From positions 1,750,387 to 1,814,386 of the forward strand of contig OZ245863.1 in the NCBI GenBank assembly GCA_965229165.1: DNA of 64,000 nucleotides, given 5' to 3'. The notes under the pieces were generated by a model. The model did not search any database. It saw only the letters and a program-made list of their open reading frames with translations, and was not told where the DNA came from. Numbering within the stretch: position 1 is the first letter of the stretch; every line of letters starts with the position of its first letter. Of the stretch, positions 57,954 to 64,000 are shown one piece after another. Source of the stretch: Bacteroidia bacterium (GTDB lineage Bacteria > Bacteroidota > Bacteroidia > B-17B0 > Aurantibacillaceae). The position numbers and the translations under genes are program-made.

Positions 57954-57960
57954 AAGGAGG
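57954..57960 (+). promoter_or_regulatory. Strong Shine-Dalgarno AAGGAGG before hpf
   Basis: AAGGAGG followed by a 9-nt spacer to ATG 57970. Confidence 0.75.
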
Positions 57961-57969
57961 AAACAAGCC

Positions 57970-58269
57970 ATGACAATCAACGTTCAAAGCGTGCATTTTG
58001 ATGCCGATAAAAAATTAATAGTGTTTATAAATGAAAAAATAGAAAAATTAACTACTTATTACGATGGCATAATAACCAGCGACGTAATTTTAAAAATAGA
58101 TAAAGGCGATAATGCCGAAAATAAAATTGTTGAAATTAAAATGCTAGGCAAGGGGCACGAATTTTTTGCTAAAAAACAATGTGCTAGTTTTGAAGAAGCC
58201 ACCGACCTTGCTTGCGAAGCCTTAAAAACACAAGTAAAAAAACATAAGGATAAAATGTTAGAACATTAA
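57970..58269 (+). CDS. hpf: Ribosome hibernation promoting factor (RaiA/HPF, short form)
   Basis: I.VQSVHFDAD..L..FI..K..KL; SFEEA.D...EAL..Q..K.K.K. Confidence 0.92.
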   Translation: MTINVQSVHFDADKKLIVFINEKIEKLTTYYDGIITSDVILKIDKGDNAENKIVEIKMLGKGHEFFAKKQCASFEEATDLACEALKTQVKKHKDKMLEH

Positions 58270-58340
58270 TAATATCGTGCAAAGCGAAGTGGAAGCATTT
58301 TAAAAATTAGTTAAATGAAGTATTTTAAAAATAGTCAATA

Positions 58341-58892
58341 ATGGGAAAATTTGTGTTTATTCACGTAGTATTGGTATTACTAGTATATAACGTCTCATTT
58401 TCTCAAACCGCCAACAAAAAATACATCAATACCAATGGCAATTTTTCGGTTGAATTGCCTACTACTTGGAGCGTATTAAACGATACCAAAGTTGAAAACC
58501 GTATTGCAATTTGCGTGCCCACTATTGATAAAGAAACAAAAGAATACGCTAACTGCTTTGAGGGAGTTATTTTTTATATTGAAAAATATAAAAGTGATTT
58601 AGTAACAACTTTACAAACTAAAGGTTATTTTGTAAGTAACGATTCTATTTATGAACTGGATAAAAAGAATAAAAAAACAGAGGTAACAAAAATTCAAAAA
58701 AATAATTACAAAGGCATTTACAATCAGGCTATGTGTAATTATATATGTAAGGATAGCGACAAAAATAGCACTGGCAAATGCGATTATTTATTTTTCTCAT
58801 TAAATGGAAAAACCATTTGTATTTATACCAATGGCAAGGCGATACCCGATTACATCCGAAAAAACATAATTGCCACGTTTAAATTTATTTAA
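58341..58892 (+). CDS. Exported hypothetical protein (PsbP-like N-terminus)
   Basis: Signal peptide; Y.N...FS.ELP..W. Confidence 0.6.
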   Translation: MGKFVFIHVVLVLLVYNVSFSQTANKKYINTNGNFSVELPTTWSVLNDTKVENRIAICVPTIDKETKEYANCFEGVIFYIEKYKSDLVTTLQTKGYFVSNDSIYELDKKNKKTEVTKIQKNNYKGIYNQAMCNYICKDSDKNSTGKCDYLFFSLNGKTICIYTNGKAIPDYIRKNIIATFKFI

Positions 58893-59030
58893 ATAAAAAA
58901 CACATCCGTTTTTTTAACAGAAGTCTATATTCTTGCTACAAATGTTAATAGTTGGTAATGTTAACAACTTGTTAATAATCTTAAGGTAACAAATATTTAA
59001 CTTTGCGGTAACAATTAAAATCTTATAAAA

Positions 59031-62000
59031 ATGAAAAAAATTATACAGTTAATCTGTGGATTAGTTCTTACAACATCCATATCTAGCCAAGCGCAAGTAA
59101 CGCTAAATGCCACGGGAGGTATATTAACAGCAACCTATACTAACGTAAATAGTGCTTTTGGAGCCATTAACGCTGGTGTTCATACCGGGTCTATTAATAT
59201 CTTAATTACAGGTAATACTGTTGAGGGTGCGCTTAACTACATACCAACAGCTTTAGTAGCAAGCGGACAAGCTACTGCTAACTACTCAGGCATTACAATT
59301 AAGCCTACTTTAACCGCTACAATTTCTGGTGCGCCAGCCACAGGTTATGGTGTGTTAGAGTTAGATGGGGCAGATAACGTAACGTTTGATGGTTCGATAA
59401 CTACCAACACTAAAGATTTAACTATTGAAAATGCGAACGCAAACACCGTATTAAATACGGCCGCCGTGCGTTTTATAGGCAGAGCAGTTGGTGGATTGGG
59501 CGCCACATTTAATACCGTGAAAAACTGTATTATTAAAGGTAGTACCGAAGGAGGAGATGGAATTAGTGGATCAACGGTAACAAGTGCTTACGGATTGTAT
59601 ATGGGTTCAAATACTACTATATCTACTAGTGGTACTGGCGATAACTATGATAACAATACTGTTACTAACAATAATTTTATTAAATGTTTTATTGGCTTAT
59701 ATATTTTTGGTAACACAAATACGGCTGATAACAATTTAATTAACAATAATAACTTCGGTTCAAATACACCAGGTCAAACATTAACATTTGGGGGTATTAA
59801 CCTTAGTGCAGTTACAACCAGTACGATACAACAAAATCAAATTTTTAATTTAAAAATGTATGGTACCACATCAAGCAATAATTATGGTATACAAGTTGCC
59901 GGAGCAACATCAAGTTCGTTATCAATTGTTAGAAATAACATTACTGGTATTTGGCAAACATCTACAGGCGGTTGGGGTGCTTATGGGATTAACATTACAG
60001 CAGGAAATACATTTACAGTTGTAAACAATACCATTTCTGATATACAAACAACTAATTATTCAAATACTTCAACCACTTGGAATGCTTTTGGTATTCGTTT
60101 TACAGGTGGCACAAATATGAGAGTGCATTATAACAGTGTTAACATTGTTGGTACATATACTTATGCATTAAACACAACTGCAGCTAGCGCACCTTTATGT
60201 ATTACGTCAACTGCTTTCACAGGTAGCATTACCAATAATATTTTTTCTAATACAATGTCATCAAATGCAGCTACTAGTACTTTTGTTGCTGCTTGGATGC
60301 CATCATTTGCTTCTTACGCGGCTGTAGTTATGAATAACAATGCTTATATGGTTTCAAGTGGTACATCTTACTATGTTGGTAGGGCTGGTACCGGAACAAA
60401 CGTTTACTCTACGGTTGCAGCTTTTCAACCAACTACACAGGTAGGTAATGCAACAAATAATAATGCATCTGTTCCTATTTCAAATATTGGTGGTGCCCCG
60501 TTTATTTCAACTACTAACTTAAATATTCCGGCAAATACAGTTACTCAAATAGAGTCAGGCGCTGTTTTAATTCCCGCATTAGGTACAAATATTGATTTCA
60601 CTTCCGCAGTTCGTCCTTTAGCAGGTATTAACCCTAATTTAAACCCCGATATTGGCGCTTACGAATTTGATGGTATAACACCTCCAAGTTGTTCTGGTAT
60701 GCCTTCGGCCGGCAGCATTTCTGGTTCCCAAACTACATGTAATGGTGCTTCTGTAATTCTAACATTAACTACAACCTCTTCAAGTTCATTAGGAATTTCT
60801 TACCAATGGTCAAGTTCCACGTCTGCTGTTGGGCCTTTTACCAACAATATTGGAACAAGTTTAACTCAAGCAACGGGCATCCAAACAACTACTCTATTTT
60901 ATGTGGCTACGGTAAGTTGTGCAGTAAGTGGTTCAGTAGCATCTACGTCCGTATATACTGTTAACTTTGCTCCAAATCCAACCGTAAGCATTGCTTCAAC
61001 AAATAGTATCGTTTGTTTAGGCTCTAGTGCTAACTTTACAGCTAGCGGTGCATTAAATTATACCTGGAGTCCTGCAAGTAGTTTAAGTCCATCTGTTGGT
61101 GCAGTTGTAGTTGCCACTCCTTCAATAAATACAATTTATAACGTATTAGGCACTTCAAGTGTGGGGTGTTCAGGTACCTCTACTGTTCAATTGTCTGTAA
61201 ATCAAGCTTCCGTTACCATCTCTTCCATTAGTGCATCTCCTTCAACTATTTGTTCAGTAGGTAACTCTACATTAGTTGTTACTGCAATTAGCCCTACTAT
61301 AGGTGCATACTGCCAACCGATATTTAGTACAGGTTCTGGTTCGGGTGATTATATTGGTGGTGTTACATTAGGAAGTATTACTAACACAACTGGTCCTTTA
61401 TCTACACCTTTTTACACAGTTTATCCGCAAAATGGTAATACTACTACAACTTTAACAGCCGGCCAAGCTTATACAATTACTTTACAAGAGGGTACTTATG
61501 GTTCTAGCGAATATTTGAGCGCATGGATTGATTATAACCAAAATGGTGATTTGAATAATGCCGGAGAAAAATTAGGGGAGTCGCTATCTCCAGGTGCTTT
61601 TCCATTATTTACAACAATTGCTTTTACAGTTCCTTCAACTGCTTTTAATGGAACAGCCAGATTAAGAGTAAAGTGTGTTTTCGTTACACAAAATTTAGAT
61701 GCTTGTACTGGTGCTACTTTTGGAGAAACTGAAGATTATTTGTTAACAATCGTAGGAGGTGTAACACCTACTACAACTATTAGTTGGACACCTGCTACAT
61801 TCTTAAATTCTACTACCAACTCTGTGGTTATAGCAAATACCGCAACTTCAAGTACCACTTATACAACATTAGTAACTAATGCTTGGGGTTGTTCTGCCAC
61901 TGGTTCTGTAGCTTTAACGGTAACATCTAACCCAACACTTACACTTACCGGTCCTTCAACTATTTGTGCAGGCCAACCAGCTAATTTAACAGCAAATGGT

Positions 62001-62627
62001 GCTACAACTTATACTTGGAATACTGGTGCTACAACTTCTACAATTGCACCTACACCAACAACTAATGCAACATATAGTGTTACGGGTGCAAATGGTACTT
62101 GTACTAGTACTGCAGTAAAATCGGTAACAGTAAACAGTTTACCATCGGTATCGTTAACAGCAGCTCAAACTACGGCTTGTGTTAATGGCTCAACAATTGC
62201 TTTAACGGGTAGTCCTGTAGGTGGTGTATTTACTGGTAGTAATGTGGCAAGTAGTGTATTTACGCCAGGAGCTTCTGCTGGAACTTATGTGCAAACTTAT
62301 GCTTACACAAATACATTAACGGGTTGTTCTAATACAGCATCAAACTCTATTGTGGTAACAGTATGTACAGGTTTAAACACTAAAAATGCTGATGGTATAG
62401 CTATACAAATTTATCCTAATCCAAACTCAGGTATGTTTACAGTTGAGCTTAACAATAGCTTAACTAAAACCATACAAGTTACTGATTTAACAGGTAGAAT
62501 TGTTTTAGAAAATACCACTACTGCCAATAACTTTAATGTAAATATTAGCACATTGGCTAATGGCGTTTACTATGTTAAAGTAATTAGCAATAATTCGGTA
62601 AATGTTTTAAAAGTTGTAAAACAATAA
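59031..62627 (+). CDS. Large T9SS-secreted protein: beta-helix + Ig-like repeats + GEVED + sorting domain
   Basis: Asn/Thr-rich parallel beta-helix pattern; WIDYNQNGD...LRV...GETEDY (GEVED); YPNP...LANGVYYV. Confidence 0.88.
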   Translation: MKKIIQLICGLVLTTSISSQAQVTLNATGGILTATYTNVNSAFGAINAGVHTGSINILITGNTVEGALNYIPTALVASGQATANYSGITIKPTLTATISGAPATGYGVLELDGADNVTFDGSITTNTKDLTIENANANTVLNTAAVRFIGRAVGGLGATFNTVKNCIIKGSTEGGDGISGSTVTSAYGLYMGSNTTISTSGTGDNYDNNTVTNNNFIKCFIGLYIFGNTNTADNNLINNNNFGSNTPGQTLTFGGINLSAVTTSTIQQNQIFNLKMYGTTSSNNYGIQVAGATSSSLSIVRNNITGIWQTSTGGWGAYGINITAGNTFTVVNNTISDIQTTNYSNTSTTWNAFGIRFTGGTNMRVHYNSVNIVGTYTYALNTTAASAPLCITSTAFTGSITNNIFSNTMSSNAATSTFVAAWMPSFASYAAVVMNNNAYMVSSGTSYYVGRAGTGTNVYSTVAAFQPTTQVGNATNNNASVPISNIGGAPFISTTNLNIPANTVTQIESGAVLIPALGTNIDFTSAVRPLAGINPNLNPDIGAYEFDGITPPSCSGMPSAGSISGSQTTCNGASVILTLTTTSSSSLGISYQWSSSTSAVGPFTNNIGTSLTQATGIQTTTLFYVATVSCAVSGSVASTSVYTVNFAPNPTVSIASTNSIVCLGSSANFTASGALNYTWSPASSLSPSVGAVVVATPSINTIYNVLGTSSVGCSGTSTVQLSVNQASVTISSISASPSTICSVGNSTLVVTAISPTIGAYCQPIFSTGSGSGDYIGGVTLGSITNTTGPLSTPFYTVYPQNGNTTTTLTAGQAYTITLQEGTYGSSEYLSAWIDYNQNGDLNNAGEKLGESLSPGAFPLFTTIAFTVPSTAFNGTARLRVKCVFVTQNLDACTGATFGETEDYLLTIVGGVTPTTTISWTPATFLNSTTNSVVIANTATSSTTYTTLVTNAWGCSATGSVALTVTSNPTLTLTGPSTICAGQPANLTANGATTYTWNTGATTSTIAPTPTTNATYSVTGANGTCTSTAVKSVTVNSLPSVSLTAAQTTACVNGSTIALTGSPVGGVFTGSNVASSVFTPGASAGTYVQTYAYTNTLTGCSNTASNSIVVTVCTGLNTKNADGIAIQIYPNPNSGMFTVELNNSLTKTIQVTDLTGRIVLENTTTANNFNVNISTLANGVYYVKVISNNSVNVLKVVKQ

Positions 62628-62644
62628 GTTAATTTTAATTTTTT

Positions 62645-62678
62645 AAAAGCCCTTCTCAAAAAAGAGAAGGGCTTTTTT
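62645..62678 (+). terminator. Intrinsic terminator
   Basis: AAAAGCCCTTCTC...GAGAAGGGCTTTT plus Ts. Confidence 0.85.
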
Positions 62679-62737
62679 GTTTATATATTGTTGGGTTCAG
62701 TAAAAATAAAAATCTTATTTTTAAGTTTTCTTAAGAT

Positions 62738-64000
62738 ATGAAAATTTCGTTTAACTGGCTTAAAACCCTTATAAATATTGATTATTCTGCACAAGAAGTT
62801 GCAGATTTATTAACCGCATCGGGCTTAGAAGTGGAAGGCATGGAAACTTTTGAATCGCTTAAAGGTGGCTTACAGGGTTTGGTGATAGGGCAAGTATTAG
62901 AGTGCGCCAAACATCCCGATGCCGATAAATTAAGTATAACTAAAGTAGATATTGGTTTAGGCGAACCGCTAAACATTGTGTGTGGAGCGCCAAATGTGGC
63001 TGTTGATCAAAAAGTAGTTGTAGCTACAATAGGTACAAAATTATACCCAACTACTGGAGAACCATTTGAAATAAAAAAATCTAAAATACGTGGCGCTGTT
63101 AGCGAAGGAATGTTATGTGCCGAAGATGAAATTGGTTTGGGCGAAAGTCATGCAGGTATTATGGTATTGCCCGATACTACCATTGTTGGTACACCCGCTG
63201 CCGATTATTTTAAAATCGAAAATGATACAATTTTAGAAATTGGTTTAACGCCTAATAGAAGTGATGCAGCTTCGCACTTGGGCGTTGCGCGCGATTTAAG
63301 TGCAATACTTAATTCAAAAAATTTAAATAACGAGGTTAACGTTACTATAAGTGGTTTACAACCATTACCCGAAGCCACAGGCTTAAATAAAGTAGCTGTT
63401 AAAATAGTAAATCCAGAAGCGTGTAAACGGTATTCAGGTTTAGTGATAAGTGGCGTTACAGTAAAAGATAGCCCAGATTGGTTAAAAAATCGTTTAAAAG
63501 CAATTGGTTTACGCCCTATAAATAATATCGTTGATATTACAAATTTTGTATTACACGAAATGGGACAACCCCTACACGCCTTTGATTTAGAGGCAGTAAA
63601 GGGAAATGAAGTGGTAGTAAGAACCGCTACTGCCGGTGAAAAAATGGTAACATTAGACACAATAACCCGTACACTTAACACTAACGATTTACTAATATGT
63701 AATACGTTAGAGCCTATGTGTTTGGCTGGTGTATTTGGAGGGTTAGAAAGTGGCGTTTCTGAAAAAACAACCTCATTATTTTTAGAAAGTGCTTATTTTG
63801 ACTCTGGTTATATTAGAAAAACAGCAAAACAACATAATTTAAAAACAGATGCTTCCTTTCGTTTTGAAAGAGGGACAGACCCTAATATTACTATAGATGC
63901 TTTAACCAGAGCAGCTAATTTGATATTTGAACTTGCGGGAGGGGTGTTAAGTATGGATGTGGTAGATATTTATCCTGAAAAATTAGAATCATACAAAATT
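62738..64000 (+). CDS. pheT: Phenylalanine-tRNA ligase beta subunit (5' part)
   Basis: MKISFNWLK...GLEVE, HPDADKL, IVCGAPNV, IRGAVSEGMLC, TPNRSDAASH.GVAR, FERG.D; runs off the window. Confidence 0.97.
   Translation, partial: MKISFNWLKTLINIDYSAQEVADLLTASGLEVEGMETFESLKGGLQGLVIGQVLECAKHPDADKLSITKVDIGLGEPLNIVCGAPNVAVDQKVVVATIGTKLYPTTGEPFEIKKSKIRGAVSEGMLCAEDEIGLGESHAGIMVLPDTTIVGTPAADYFKIENDTILEIGLTPNRSDAASHLGVARDLSAILNSKNLNNEVNVTISGLQPLPEATGLNKVAVKIVNPEACKRYSGLVISGVTVKDSPDWLKNRLKAIGLRPINNIVDITNFVLHEMGQPLHAFDLEAVKGNEVVVRTATAGEKMVTLDTITRTLNTNDLLICNTLEPMCLAGVFGGLESGVSEKTTSLFLESAYFDSGYIRKTAKQHNLKTDASFRFERGTDPNITIDALTRAANLIFELAGGVLSMDVVDIYPEKLESYKI

Noticed and set aside
62782-63681. Minus-strand ORFs of 64 and 158 aa
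   Set aside because: Shadow frames of pheT. The other short antisense or overlapping ORFs in the track were dismissed for the same reason.

Overview
AT-rich chromosomal segment of a Bacteroidota bacterium, judged from type IX secretion (T9SS) C-terminal domains, TAnnTTTG promoters and the rpsU-xerC-hpf order. Most of it is housekeeping and envelope genes (hemL, nadD, kmo, tilS, cdsA, coaE, yajC, msrA, rpsT, pyrD, tRNA-Asp, nrnA, rpsU, xerC, hpf, partial pheT) plus four T9SS-secreted proteins. The main finding is an accessory block at about 49.4-55.6 kb organised like an integron gene-cassette array. It has seven co-oriented cassettes separated by six attC-like imperfect palindromes (…CTAAC/…ATAAC to GTT…, 97-190 bp). 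The ends of five of the six complete cassettes are complementary to each other. A candidate attI/Pc region lies at the 5' end, and there is no integron integrase in the window. A degenerate solo copy of the same repeat follows an oxidoreductase gene at 23.7 kb. Other observations: a palindromic repeat apparently inserted in frame into a D-cysteine desulfhydrase-family gene, a highly structured 200-bp intergenic element downstream of pyrD, a strong Shine-Dalgarno in front of hpf (rare in this phylum), and a putative regulator divergent from two secreted esterases. All product calls come from motif recognition, not database searches.
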